Below are positions 1 to 9,382 of a DNA stretch of 26,506 nucleotides, piece after piece. The notes below the pieces were generated by a model. The model worked only from the letters and a program-made list of their open reading frames with translations. It was not told the DNA's origin and did no database searches. The stretch is taken from the NCBI GenBank assembly GCA_045863855.1, contig BTVV01000083.1, positions 1-26,506 of the forward strand. Reading direction: 5' to 3'. Each line of letters begins with the position of its first letter. Positions within the stretch are counted from its first letter, which is position 1. Both the position numbers and the translations under genes were made by a program. The DNA is from Planctomycetota bacterium. GTDB lineage: Bacteria > Planctomycetota > SZUA-567 > H5-PLA8.

Positions 1-2
1 CC

Positions 3-443
3 GAGAAGGCCCAGTACCCCGATCCCGCCATGCGCGAGTTCTGGCGCGTACGGCTCGTGGAACCCTTTGACCTGCATCGGAAGCTGGCGTACTTCCCGCG
101 CTTCGACATCAACCCCGTCTCCGGCGTCGCCAAGGACAAAAACGACGAAGGCTCGTGGGGGCCCCTGCTTATCTATGACGATGTCTCCGAATCCATCTTG
201 GCCCTCTACGATCGATTGTGGGTCTACGACATCGAGACCGACAAGTGGACCGACCGCACGCCCGCGTCCTGGCAACGCGTCCTCTACGCCGCAGGCGGCA
301 TGAAAAAGTCCACGCGCGAGATCATCTATCGTGGCGGTTCCAACGTGGACCAACCCAAGGGCATGAAGATAGACGGGCACCCCGAGGGCCACTTCTGGCA
401 CAAGCTCAAGCTGGAAGGCGGGGAGAAGCGCAAGGCCAAGTGA
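3..443 (+). CDS. C-terminal part of a kelch/beta-propeller-like protein (5' truncated by the window)
   Basis: Frame is open from base 3 to TGA at 441-443. LWVYDIETDKWT resembles a kelch blade motif. Confidence 0.6.
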   Translation, partial: EKAQYPDPAMREFWRVRLVEPFDLHRKLAYFPRFDINPVSGVAKDKNDEGSWGPLLIYDDVSESILALYDRLWVYDIETDKWTDRTPASWQRVLYAAGGMKKSTREIIYRGGSNVDQPKGMKIDGHPEGHFWHKLKLEGGEKRKAK

Positions 444-513
444 GCGGCGGGAAAATGGACACCGGCGTTCGATTCTTCACTCCGATGGCGCTGACGGGAC
501 AAGGAGACTTTAC

Positions 514-1968
514 ATGCGCATCCTGGTGGTTGGTATGACCGTATTGAGTATGGCGTGGGTCGTTACGTCCGCGGAACCGGCCGGCGCCGCGCCAGACGCT
601 TCGCCCACTCCAGTTCGGAAAGTAGCCAAGTTGCCCGCTTGGCGCGCTTCGTTGAACGTGGGCCAATGGATCCGCTTTCCCAACTCCCACCTGTCCGAAG
701 CCAAGTGGCCCGATCACCCAGATCGGGATCCCCGCAACAAGGGCTGGAGGAATGGCGAGCATGCCAAGATATCGGCATTCGCTGGCGTCAACCTGGCGCC
801 GCTGACCAACCATATCGTGGCGCACAGTTCTGGCCGTGGTTGCTCCTTGGGCAACGACATCCAGGCTTTTAATCTGATGCTTGATGACCCCGTTTGGGAA
901 TTCTGGCAAGCTCCGACCAAATACGACGATCTGGCCATGGTTGCGGTCAACGTCAAAGATCCGCGCATCGTGAATTTGCCGCCCGACGAGCAGACTCAAA
1001 ACCTGGACCGTAGTCCGCGCCCCACGCACGTTGGACATAACGCCGCGGTCATAGGCGATAAGTTCGTGCGCTTCGATCCCGGCCTCCCCGGCGAGGGAGA
1101 CGGAGGTTTCTACACGACCGAGGGGCCAAGATCGTCTGACCGGACCTGGGTGTGGGACATCACCGCCAATCTGGCCCTGCCAGCCGAGAAGCGCCAATGG
1201 TCGGTGGATCCCCGCTTCAAGAACCCTGTTAAGGATTGGCACTATGCGGCGGGCGCCAACCTGTACGGTGACGGCTATTGGTATTTGGTAAGAAGCGACG
1301 GATCTCTTCGTTGGAAACCAGGGCTAGAGACTTTAGAGAAAAGCAATATTCCGCCGAACAATAAAGTTTGGCAGGTCTCCCGCGATCCCGCATTTGCTAT
1401 AGACCACAAACGCGACAGGGCACTAGTCATCAGCGGCAACGCCGGGAAGTTCCCAGGCACGGACGGTCCTTCTGGGGGCTTCATGCCGCTGACTGGAGGT
1501 AACAAACCAGGAGTGAGACCCATATACGTTGATGACCCTTCACAGCCTGGGGCCAAAAATGAGTTCTGCCGTTGGCACAAGAAGGAAAACGGTGCGTCCA
1601 TGATCGGCTCCAGGTGGTTCATGACTTACTGCGGCGACCTCGATGTCTATTTCATGTTTAAGAACTACCAATTGGTGGACAACGACAATGGGGCCTTCGA
1701 GTCGGTCTGGCAGTTCTCCCCTCTGCCAGAGGACGAGAACACTTTGGTTGTCAAATTGCTATGGGGTAATCCTAAGAGTGCGGCTCCCTGGGTCGCGGAG
1801 CGCGGCGCAGGCCAGCCGAAGGATGTATGCACATGGAAGGGCGACATTCCCGGCCCTGGCTATAGCGGGACGTACCGCAAGGCTGTCTGGGTAAAAGATT
1901 TGGCAGGCATTGCCCTCGTGGGACAATCCGTGTGGTTCTTTGCCACCGGAACCCCGCCCGCGCGGTGA
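514..1968 (+). CDS. secreted hypothetical protein, probably beta-propeller-like
   Basis: 484-aa ORF with AGGAG RBS upstream, signal peptide-like N-terminus (MRILVVGMTVLSMAWVVTSA..AGA) and W/D/G-rich beta-strand segments. Confidence 0.75.
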   Translation: MRILVVGMTVLSMAWVVTSAEPAGAAPDASPTPVRKVAKLPAWRASLNVGQWIRFPNSHLSEAKWPDHPDRDPRNKGWRNGEHAKISAFAGVNLAPLTNHIVAHSSGRGCSLGNDIQAFNLMLDDPVWEFWQAPTKYDDLAMVAVNVKDPRIVNLPPDEQTQNLDRSPRPTHVGHNAAVIGDKFVRFDPGLPGEGDGGFYTTEGPRSSDRTWVWDITANLALPAEKRQWSVDPRFKNPVKDWHYAAGANLYGDGYWYLVRSDGSLRWKPGLETLEKSNIPPNNKVWQVSRDPAFAIDHKRDRALVISGNAGKFPGTDGPSGGFMPLTGGNKPGVRPIYVDDPSQPGAKNEFCRWHKKENGASMIGSRWFMTYCGDLDVYFMFKNYQLVDNDNGAFESVWQFSPLPEDENTLVVKLLWGNPKSAAPWVAERGAGQPKDVCTWKGDIPGPGYSGTYRKAVWVKDLAGIALVGQSVWFFATGTPPAR

Positions 1969-2002
1969 CGGGAACATGCGAGGTGTCGTCAGGAGACGGA
2001 TC

Positions 2003-2476
2003 ATGCGATGGACGTTCGTAATGGCGAAGGTCCTGCCCGGTTGCGCCGGCGCGCCGGTTTCGCCACAGGCGCCACGGAGCCAGCCCGCCGAGCCGGAACA
2101 CGCGGATAACCCGGCGAAGACGTTGCCGCAAGGCATCCGAGGGAAGGTCGTCAGGATGGTCGGGGACTTCACCCTGGACCCGCCCACGGGGCAAAAGTTG
2201 CCCATGGCCGTGCCGGTGCACGTCTTTCGCGGACCATTGCAGCCCTTGGAGAAGCCCGATCCCCGGCACCCCGCGCTCGTCGTGATAGTCCAGGCCGGCG
2301 AGAACGGATGCTTCGAGCTTGCGCTCCCAGCCGGCGAATACACGCTGGTCGCGGAGATCGAGGGCGAACTCTACCTGAACAATTGGCTCGAGGACGGCAG
2401 TTGGGCGGTCTGCATCGTGCCGGCCGGAGAGTGGGTGGATTACATCATTCAGGACTTCAAGGACGCCAATTACTGA
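2003..2476 (+). CDS. putative lipoprotein with carboxypeptidase-regulatory-like (prealbumin-fold) domain
   Basis: AGGAG at 1991-1995 precedes ATG 2003. Lipobox-like LPGC. GIRGKV...GCFELALPAGEYTLV is typical of this domain. Confidence 0.65.
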   Translation: MRWTFVMAKVLPGCAGAPVSPQAPRSQPAEPEHADNPAKTLPQGIRGKVVRMVGDFTLDPPTGQKLPMAVPVHVFRGPLQPLEKPDPRHPALVVIVQAGENGCFELALPAGEYTLVAEIEGELYLNNWLEDGSWAVCIVPAGEWVDYIIQDFKDANY

Positions 2477-2498
2477 TTCGACGGGAGGAAGGTTGAGC

Positions 2499-4226
2499 AT
2501 GTTACCGGTAACGAACAGGACCGTGATCGGACGGAAGCTGGGATTGTCGTTGTTGATTGGGACTGCCAGCGCCGAAGAGGTCGTTACCGTCAAGGACATC
2601 AAAGCGGTCTGCCGGCATGGGCAGACCTTCGTGACCTGGAAGGACGCGGCTGAAGGGGAGGCCGGCTCAAAGTACCGCTATTCGCTCTATCGCTCGGACC
2701 AACCCATTACCCAAGAGAACCTGTCCGAGGCCGAGTTCTGCTATCCGGGCGTTTTGAACAACTCCTGTAAGCAGTTCGGATATGCCTACTCGATGAAGGA
2801 CCGTCTCGACCCGAAGCATCCCACTAGTCTCCTGGAAGAGGGAGGCGAGCCGTTACCGCTATGGACGGGAGTGGCGGTGAGAACCATTCGGAAGAACGGC
2901 CGGAGCTACTACGCGGTGATGGTCACGGACGAAAAGTACCAGCCGGTCGGTAAGATCGTCCCGGGCCAGAGCGCCACGGTTGAGCCCGCGGAGGAGAAGG
3001 TCGCGTCCATCCAGCCAATCCTGGTCAAGACTTCCACCAGTAGCGCCGCGATCACTGGCACGGATAATCTACCCCTCATGCTTAGCCTGCACGGCAGCGA
3101 GGCGCGGGGCGGGCCTAGCGCCATGGGAAACATCTTCATCTACTTCGGAACACCTGAGATGGGCTGGCGCGACGGGATTCCGGGATCCTTCGCCGTGTAC
3201 GAGCAGAAGGAGAAGGAACTCATCCTCAGCCCGCGTGACGCGATCGAAAGCCCAGACGGCAATGGCGCGATCGAAACCTGCTGGTTCGGCTATGCCTGCG
3301 TGCCCGTGGGCGCGGAGCACATGGAGCCGCGCGCCTATCCTTTTACAGAGAACCGCCTGGCCTGGATGGTGAACTGGGTCATTAACCGGTATAAGGCCGA
3401 CCCGCGGCGAATTTACTCCGGCGGTCAGTCCATGGGCGGCATGGGCTCCACGCAATGGGCCTTCCGAAGCCCCGATCTCTTTGCAGCCGTTTACCCGCGG
3501 CTGGGTCGGATCCGGCAGTCCTGGCGCCCCACGGTGCCCAAGGGGATTCTGAAGAAGGATCTGGACAGCGAACGTCTGATGATGTTTGACGGCAAGAGCG
3601 ATTACTACACAGACAAGATGGATGCGGCGAAGTACGCAAACGAACACAAGGAAGACTTACCTTTTTACGCGTTCTGTGTTGGCCGAAGGGATTGGGTGGA
3701 GACGTGGAAAGCCAACATCGAGATGGTCCAGGCCCTCACCGCCAGCCGGCATGGTTTTGCGCTCGCCTGGACCAACGGCGGGCACGACGAAATCGGGGCT
3801 CAGGGCCGGACGCTGCTCCAGAAGTATTACCCTCCTTCGAAGTTCTCCCGGGACCGGAGTTTTCCGGCCTTTGGGAACAGTTCCATCAACGAAAGCATGG
3901 GCTCCGGTGAACTGGACGCCGAAAAGGTGCTCAAGGATGGCGACTTGGTCGGCGGTATCAACCTGGGATTCGACTGGAGCGACGTGGTTGACGAAGACGG
4001 CAAGTGGTCAGCCCGGATCTCCAACGACCTATGCAAGACGGAGATGACCGTAGACGTCACGCCGCGCTGGTGCCAGAAGTTTAAAGTCAAGGCAGGCGAG
4101 AAGTTTAAGTGGTTGAGCTCCACAGGCGGCGAGGGCGAAGTCGTCGCCGACCCTTGGGGGCTCGTGACCGTTCAGAACGTCAGGATCCGACCCAGCGAGA
4201 GTACAGTGCTGACTATTACGCGATAG
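2499..4226 (+). CDS. secreted alpha/beta-hydrolase (esterase/peptidase-like)
   Basis: Strong RBS GGGAGGAAGG, signal peptide, LSLHG oxyanion-type motif, nucleophile elbow RIYSGGQSMGG and candidate catalytic His in NGGHD. Confidence 0.8.
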   Translation: MLPVTNRTVIGRKLGLSLLIGTASAEEVVTVKDIKAVCRHGQTFVTWKDAAEGEAGSKYRYSLYRSDQPITQENLSEAEFCYPGVLNNSCKQFGYAYSMKDRLDPKHPTSLLEEGGEPLPLWTGVAVRTIRKNGRSYYAVMVTDEKYQPVGKIVPGQSATVEPAEEKVASIQPILVKTSTSSAAITGTDNLPLMLSLHGSEARGGPSAMGNIFIYFGTPEMGWRDGIPGSFAVYEQKEKELILSPRDAIESPDGNGAIETCWFGYACVPVGAEHMEPRAYPFTENRLAWMVNWVINRYKADPRRIYSGGQSMGGMGSTQWAFRSPDLFAAVYPRLGRIRQSWRPTVPKGILKKDLDSERLMMFDGKSDYYTDKMDAAKYANEHKEDLPFYAFCVGRRDWVETWKANIEMVQALTASRHGFALAWTNGGHDEIGAQGRTLLQKYYPPSKFSRDRSFPAFGNSSINESMGSGELDAEKVLKDGDLVGGINLGFDWSDVVDEDGKWSARISNDLCKTEMTVDVTPRWCQKFKVKAGEKFKWLSSTGGEGEVVADPWGLVTVQNVRIRPSESTVLTITR

Positions 4227-4396
4227 TGAGGTGTTCTAACAGCTACAGTGACCCCATCATGTGAGGCCTTGCGGTCGAAAACCTTGGAGATACGTTTGAA
4301 TTGTTGGTCTAAATCAGGGTGACTCTCCTGCCGGCAAAACTACCCACACACAATGCCGCCCCACATATCCTCTAGCGTATCCGTCCCGTTAATCCT

Positions 4397-4534
4397 TCAT
4401 TGTATGGCAGCAAGTATCTGAATACAGGTACTGGGCGAATGGTAATCTGGAATACCAAGTATCAGTCGCCCCAAAACGCGCTTCTGTTCGTCGGTGAAGA
4501 TCGCCTTACGGCCGCGCTTGTCCTTCTTGGCCAT
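4397..4534 (-). pseudogene. small, probably truncated ORF (45 aa, MAKKDKRGRKAIFTDEQKRVLGRLI...)
   Basis: ATG follows the stop of the upstream HTH gene (TGAAATG) with a GGAGG RBS. The GC-rich first half switches to more AT-rich sequence near 4460. Confidence 0.35.
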
Positions 4535-4535
4535 T

Positions 4536-4973
4536 TCATGCCCCTCCCAGCACGCGTAAGCGCTCCAACGCCTCGCGCTTGCCCAGTCCCCTCAAGGCCG
4601 CCAGCGCCGCCACTTGCGATGCCCTTGGCTTGGTCTTGCCTGATTCCCAGAAGTAGACCGACTGCGCCGATGCGCCGGCGAGCTTGGCGTACTGCTCGGC
4701 CGATAGATCCAGCTTGGCGCGGTGCTTCTTGAGCCAGAGGGGGCTGAAACGGGCCTTAGTATCGGCGGCTACGACAGGCTGGGCGACACGGCTACGTTCC
4801 TGGCCCTCTAGGAACGCGACCTGCTTGGTCAGGCGCGCTACCTGGCGCTTCAGGGCGGCTACGTCGCGGCGGTACTGGGTCGAGGCGCGGTGGAGCGGGG
4901 CGGCTTGGGCGCGCGATTCCTTGCGGGCGATGCGGGAGATTTCGGATTTGAGGGCGGAGGCGAAGGAGGACAT
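4536..4973 (-). CDS. XRE/Cro-C1-type HTH DNA-binding protein with N-terminal coiled coil
   Basis: 145 aa. N-terminal FASALKSEISRIARKE plus coiled coil, C-terminal HTH LSAEQYAKLAGASAQSVYFWESGKTKP. Confidence 0.85.
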   Translation of the reverse strand: MSSFASALKSEISRIARKESRAQAAPLHRASTQYRRDVAALKRQVARLTKQVAFLEGQERSRVAQPVVAADTKARFSPLWLKKHRAKLDLSAEQYAKLAGASAQSVYFWESGKTKPRASQVAALAALRGLGKREALERLRVLGGA

Positions 4974-5366
4974 GGACGGTTACTGGGTGAAACGGGCTTT
5001 GTAGACCGAATTGGGATTCCTCCACCTTATTTCAAGAGGGTGGCCACCTCGGCCCCACCCCACGTGGACGCAGCATGCCCAACCTGGCGAGCCTCTCGAA
5101 AGTCCGCGCGGTGCACCCACTCGCTCGGCCTCCCAGGCTCGTAAATCTTCACGGCCACTAACTCAGGAAAGTACACGGCCCGTGACTGGTGGTCGCTCTC
5201 GATCCACCATATGAGGCTGGGGCGTGTCCGCTCGAATACGCGTGTTCCCTGTGCCATGTTTAGTATTTTCTAGAGAGGGATCATCTAAAATTTGAAATTT
5301 AGCGGTATCCCGTTGGGTCCTTGGTGGGCCTTTCATGGACGTAAAGCGCGTTGGGGCACGCATGAC

Positions 5367-7547
5367 ATGCAAGCTTGGCTAGACCTGACTGCGGCGGCTC
5401 GGCAAGGCGACCTGGAGGCCTTCGGGGGCCTGGTGGAGCAGTTTCAGGACATGGCTTTTGGCGCGGCCTTGGCGCGGTTAGGCGACTTCCATCATGCGCA
5501 GGACGCGACGCAGGACGCTTTCATCGAGGCCTTTCGCGACCTTAAGCAACTGCGCGAAACGCACGCCTTTCCAGCTTGGCTGCGGCAGATCGTTCTGAAG
5601 CACTGCGATCGCCGCCTACGCCGCCGGGGACCTAGGCTGGTGCCCCTGGAAGCATCGGGAGATCGCGCCATGGACGATTCGAATCCCGCCGTCGCGGCCG
5701 AGAAGGCCGAATCGAAGGCCATGGTGCTCGCGGCCTTGAACGGTCTGCCCGAAGACCATCGGATGGTGACGACCTTGTACTACATCGGAGGCCATTCGAC
5801 GGACGAGATCGCGGGGTTTCTCGAAGTGCCTCTGACCACGGTGAAGAAACGGCTGCACGATTCACGGGAAAAACTAAAGGAGAGGATGCTGAACATGGTC
5901 AACACGAGCTTGCACGAACATGCGCCGTCGCGCGATTCGAACTTGAGCAACGCGGTGCAGATGATCAACGCCTGCAAAGTGGGCGACCTGAAGAAGGTCC
6001 GGACGCTTTTGAAGCTCGATCCCCGGCTGGTCTTCGAATGCAAGGCCGAAGAAGGGCGCTTCCTGCCGCTCCATTACGCGGTGCGCGAAGGCCACGCCGA
6101 CGTCGTGCAAGCGCTGCTCGACTCCGGCGCCGATCCTCAGCCCTACGAGCACATGATGCGGAACCACTTGGGCATCACGACGCTGGACTTGGCGCGCGCC
6201 CGCGGCTTCGGCTCGGTGGTTTCCCTGGTTGAAGCGGCCATCCGCCGGCGCAACCCGACGCACGCCGGTTCGGACGAGATCCGGAACGCGATCGCGTCGA
6301 AGAACCTGGCCCGGATCGCGGAACTCGTGAAGCGGGATTCCGCCTGCGTGAAAGCCGCGGACGACGACGGCAACACGCCGCTGCATCGCGCGGCGGAGGC
6401 GGACTGGACGGACGCCCACCGCCTCTACATGGACGAATGGATCCAGCTGGGCGCGGATCTTTCGGCCCGGAACAGCCTGGGCCACACGCCGGTCGATCTG
6501 ACGCTGTTCCCTAACAGCGGCTGGCCCATTGCCCAGCGGCCGCGCCCGGCGATGACGGGCTACCTGCTGGCGAAGGGGGCAGCGTACACGATCCACCTTG
6601 CGGCCTCGCTGGGCGACCTCCCCGGCGTCCGGAGGCATCTGGAGCGCGACGCCAAGCTCGCGCAGCTCCAGAGCTCCAACGGGAAGCGCCCGCTTTCGTG
6701 CGCCGCGGAGTTCGGACACACGAAGATCGTCAAGCTGCTCCTCGAACACGGAGCGGACCCCAATGCGACGGAATCCGACGGATACCGCGCCTATCCGCTG
6801 TACGCGGCGGCCAAGGGCCGGAACCTGGAGATGGCCCGGGCGCTCTTGGATCGCGGCGCGGATCCCAACGCGTGGTTGGAGGCCGGAGGGAACGCCATGA
6901 GCCTGGCGCTGGAACACGGTCATCAGGAGATGGCCGACCTCCTGGCTTCTTACGGCGGCTGCCCCTACGAGAACTACTGGGCGGGGAACCTGCCCGTCAT
7001 GGCGACGCTCTTTGCCATGAATCCGAACCTCGGCAAGGATTTCTTCACGGTGAACTCCGGGGTCTTCTTCGATACCGAGAGTGCGGAGCGCACGGCGGCG
7101 ATCCTGAAACTGGCCATGAAGTACGGAGCCGATCCCAAGACCATCCCGCAGTGGTCGCTCTTCGTGGCGCGCCACTCGCCCGGCGTGCTCAAGACGCTGC
7201 TGGAACACGGGGCCCACCCGAACGCGGCGGACGAGGAAGGCAAGACGACGCTGCACGCCATTCAAAAGCAGTTCAACGAGAAGACGGAGAGCGTTCTCCT
7301 GGAATCCGCGGCGGTCCTGATCGACCACGGCGCGGATCTTCGGGCCCAGGACCATGTCTATCGCGCGACGCCGCTCACCTGGGCCGCGATCTTCGGGAAC
7401 CTGAAGATGGTGGCGTACCTACTCTCCCGGGGAAGCGCGACCAACCTTCCCGACGACGAACCGTGGACCACGCCGCTCTTCTGGGCTGAGTACAAGGGCC
7501 ACAAGGAAGTCGCCGAGCTGCTGCGCAAGCACGGGGCGACCCGGTAG
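5367..7547 (+). CDS. ECF-type sigma-70 factor fused to C-terminal ankyrin repeats
   Basis: Sigma region 2 (AQDATQDAFIEAF...FPAWL) and region 4 (EIAGFLEVPLTTVKKRLHDSR), then many ankyrin motifs (PLHYAVREGH, GNTPLHRAA, PLSCAAEFGH, TPLTWAA, TPLFWAEYKGH). Start taken at in-frame ATG 5367. Confidence 0.9.
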   Translation: MQAWLDLTAAARQGDLEAFGGLVEQFQDMAFGAALARLGDFHHAQDATQDAFIEAFRDLKQLRETHAFPAWLRQIVLKHCDRRLRRRGPRLVPLEASGDRAMDDSNPAVAAEKAESKAMVLAALNGLPEDHRMVTTLYYIGGHSTDEIAGFLEVPLTTVKKRLHDSREKLKERMLNMVNTSLHEHAPSRDSNLSNAVQMINACKVGDLKKVRTLLKLDPRLVFECKAEEGRFLPLHYAVREGHADVVQALLDSGADPQPYEHMMRNHLGITTLDLARARGFGSVVSLVEAAIRRRNPTHAGSDEIRNAIASKNLARIAELVKRDSACVKAADDDGNTPLHRAAEADWTDAHRLYMDEWIQLGADLSARNSLGHTPVDLTLFPNSGWPIAQRPRPAMTGYLLAKGAAYTIHLAASLGDLPGVRRHLERDAKLAQLQSSNGKRPLSCAAEFGHTKIVKLLLEHGADPNATESDGYRAYPLYAAAKGRNLEMARALLDRGADPNAWLEAGGNAMSLALEHGHQEMADLLASYGGCPYENYWAGNLPVMATLFAMNPNLGKDFFTVNSGVFFDTESAERTAAILKLAMKYGADPKTIPQWSLFVARHSPGVLKTLLEHGAHPNAADEEGKTTLHAIQKQFNEKTESVLLESAAVLIDHGADLRAQDHVYRATPLTWAAIFGNLKMVAYLLSRGSATNLPDDEPWTTPLFWAEYKGHKEVAELLRKHGATR

Positions 7548-7615
7548 GCTTGCGTTCTCCGGCCGTTGATCCAGAGTTGCATGGACGGTTCAGGGCGGAG
7601 TTCAGAGGCGCCGGC

Positions 7616-8080
7616 ATGTTCATCATTCGCCGCATTCGAGCGGAGGATCGGGTGGAGTGGCTGCGCCTGCGAGCGGCGCTCTGGCCCGACCACACTCCGG
7701 CGGAGCTTGAGGCGGAATGCGCGGCGATGTGCGCTCACCCGGAGCGGGAGCCCGTCTTCGTCGCCGAGCGGACGGCGGGCGGTCTTTGCGGGGTGATTGA
7801 GCTTTCGATTCGCGGCACGGCAGAGGGTTGCTCCACCTCGAACGTGGGCTACATCGAGGGCTGGTTCGTCGATCCCGATCTGCGAGGCCATGGGATCGGC
7901 GGCGCGCTGGTCCGGGCCGGGGAAGCGTGGGCCGCCTCCGCGGGATGTTCTGAGATGGCCTCCGACACCACTTCGTCGTACCCCGTCAGCCCTGCCGCAC
8001 ACAAGGCTCTCGGTTACGAGGAAGTCAAAGCGGGGTATCACTTTCGGAAGCGCCTGGGAGCAGCCCTTAAAATGAAGTAG
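7616..8080 (+). CDS. GNAT N-acetyltransferase, AAC(6')-I-like
   Basis: WLRLRAALWP, AEGC...VGYIEGWFVDPDLRGHGIG, EMASD and HKALGY are hallmark segments of the AAC(6')-I subfamily. Substrate is not established. Confidence 0.8.
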   Translation: MFIIRRIRAEDRVEWLRLRAALWPDHTPAELEAECAAMCAHPEREPVFVAERTAGGLCGVIELSIRGTAEGCSTSNVGYIEGWFVDPDLRGHGIGGALVRAGEAWAASAGCSEMASDTTSSYPVSPAAHKALGYEEVKAGYHFRKRLGAALKMK

Positions 8081-8114
8081 TAAGGCGGCGGTGTGTAATG
8101 GGCTGGTGTTAGTC

Positions 8115-8258
8115 TCAACCCCCCTCCAGCACGCGTAGCCGCTCCAACGCCTCGCGCTTGCCCAAGCCCCTCAAGGCCGCCAGCGCCACCACCTGCGCCG
8201 CCCTTGGCTTGGTCTTGCCGGATTCCCAAATGTAGATGGACCGCGTGCAGGTTTTCAT
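8115..8258 (-). pseudogene. 3' remnant of a paralogue of the HTH gene at 4536-4973
   Basis: Translates to ...SIYIWESGKTKPRAAQVVALAALRGLGKREALERLRVLEGG*, nearly identical to the C-terminus of 4536-4973. The N-terminal ~100 aa are missing. Confidence 0.8.
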
Positions 8259-8295
8259 GCACCTGGTTTTTGATTCAGGCATCCGCGTAGCGGGC

Positions 8296-8913
8296 CTACG
8301 GTCCGATCATCCTGCGCACGGGTTCGGCCCAAGGTGCGTCCCCGTAGTAGGCGTGGACGCGCACGAGGCTGGCGACCGCGAGCAGAACAATGACGAAGCA
8401 TTGCGCGTAGAGCCGCACGATCTTCTGCCAGCTTGAGGTCGCGGGCCACTTCGGATGGCTGGTCCAGTAGCGGTACAGGAGGCTTGCGCCCCATGCCGCG
8501 AGCACGACGCCGCTGATGGCGAGCATCAGTTCCACGCCGTAGGTCGCGAGGCCCCAGCGCAGCGGGAGGATTCCGGCCACCAGTGCCGCGAAGAGACCTG
8601 CTACCCAGATCGCTCCACCTTCGCGGTACTGCGCGCGGCGCCGGGCGTCGGTTTCGCCGAGGCACTCGATGGTCCCGGGAATGATCCACCAAAGTACTTG
8701 GCTAAAGGCAAAGAGGAGGCCAACGGCCTGAACTGGCAGGTTTAGGCGCACGATCCAGCCCATGCCGAAGGTGAAGTAGGCGAAGGCCAGCGCGGCGAGC
8801 GATCCGACCAACGTTATCGTAGCCGTAAAGGGGAGCCAGCCACGGGAACGGTAGCGTTCCAGTTCGGCGATCTGTTGCGCCCTGCTCTTGGTGTACCGCT
8901 CGGCGAAATCCAT
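8296..8913 (-). CDS. multi-pass membrane protein of unknown function
   Basis: 205-aa ORF with about 5 hydrophobic segments. Confidence 0.7.
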   Translation of the reverse strand: MDFAERYTKSRAQQIAELERYRSRGWLPFTATITLVGSLAALAFAYFTFGMGWIVRLNLPVQAVGLLFAFSQVLWWIIPGTIECLGETDARRRAQYREGGAIWVAGLFAALVAGILPLRWGLATYGVELMLAISGVVLAAWGASLLYRYWTSHPKWPATSSWQKIVRLYAQCFVIVLLAVASLVRVHAYYGDAPWAEPVRRMIGP

Positions 8914-8981
8914 GTACCTATCTAACCGTTGACGATCCGACAGGTCAATGGCAGAGGTGGTCTATCGAAGTGAACCATTAC

Positions 8982-9290
8982 GAGGTTGGCGGACGGGAAC
9001 CTCACCCGTCCATCCAGCATGGCTGTGGCGTAACAGCCTTTAACGCCTGGGACCGCCCCCGAGGTGGTCCGCGCGCCCGAAAGCCCTCGTAGCGCCTTCG
9101 TAAGCGCAGGGATCGCCTGCTGGGCGCGCCTTCGACGGCATGAAATGCAGCCGGCATCCCGTCGTTCTGGAAATACCCCAAAATCTTGGGGCTTTTCCCT
9201 GAACGGGTGCAGCGGGGCCCTTTTGTTGGACTGGTCCCGTAAACAAGCAGGCGACTACGACGCTACTGCCGTTGAGCGCGCCCATCTAAA
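8982..9290. other. hairpin-dense non-coding segment (candidate structured ncRNA or ssDNA structure)
   Basis: Consecutive stems 8991-9011, 9021-9038, 9050-9070, 9071-9129, 9133-9164 and 9169-9198. No convincing ORF. Confidence 0.4.
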
Positions 9291-9382
9291 TCACGGCCGA
9301 TTCACGCGGTAACATCCTGTGGTCCTGGGCCTCGCTCTCCCCTCCAGCCCACGCCTCCAACTCCCAGCAAGGCCCTTCCTGA

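Noticed and set aside
5874..7355. 493-aa minus-strand ORF and similar long antisense ORFs (406-1242, 18132-19187, 20823-21659)
   Set aside because: Shadow frames of well-supported GC-rich genes on the opposite strand, with no recognisable motifs.
8986..8993. TTGGCGGA matching the integrase arm repeat as a marker of attL
   Set aside because: A single 8-bp match with no adjacent tRNA fragment is not enough to define the left end.
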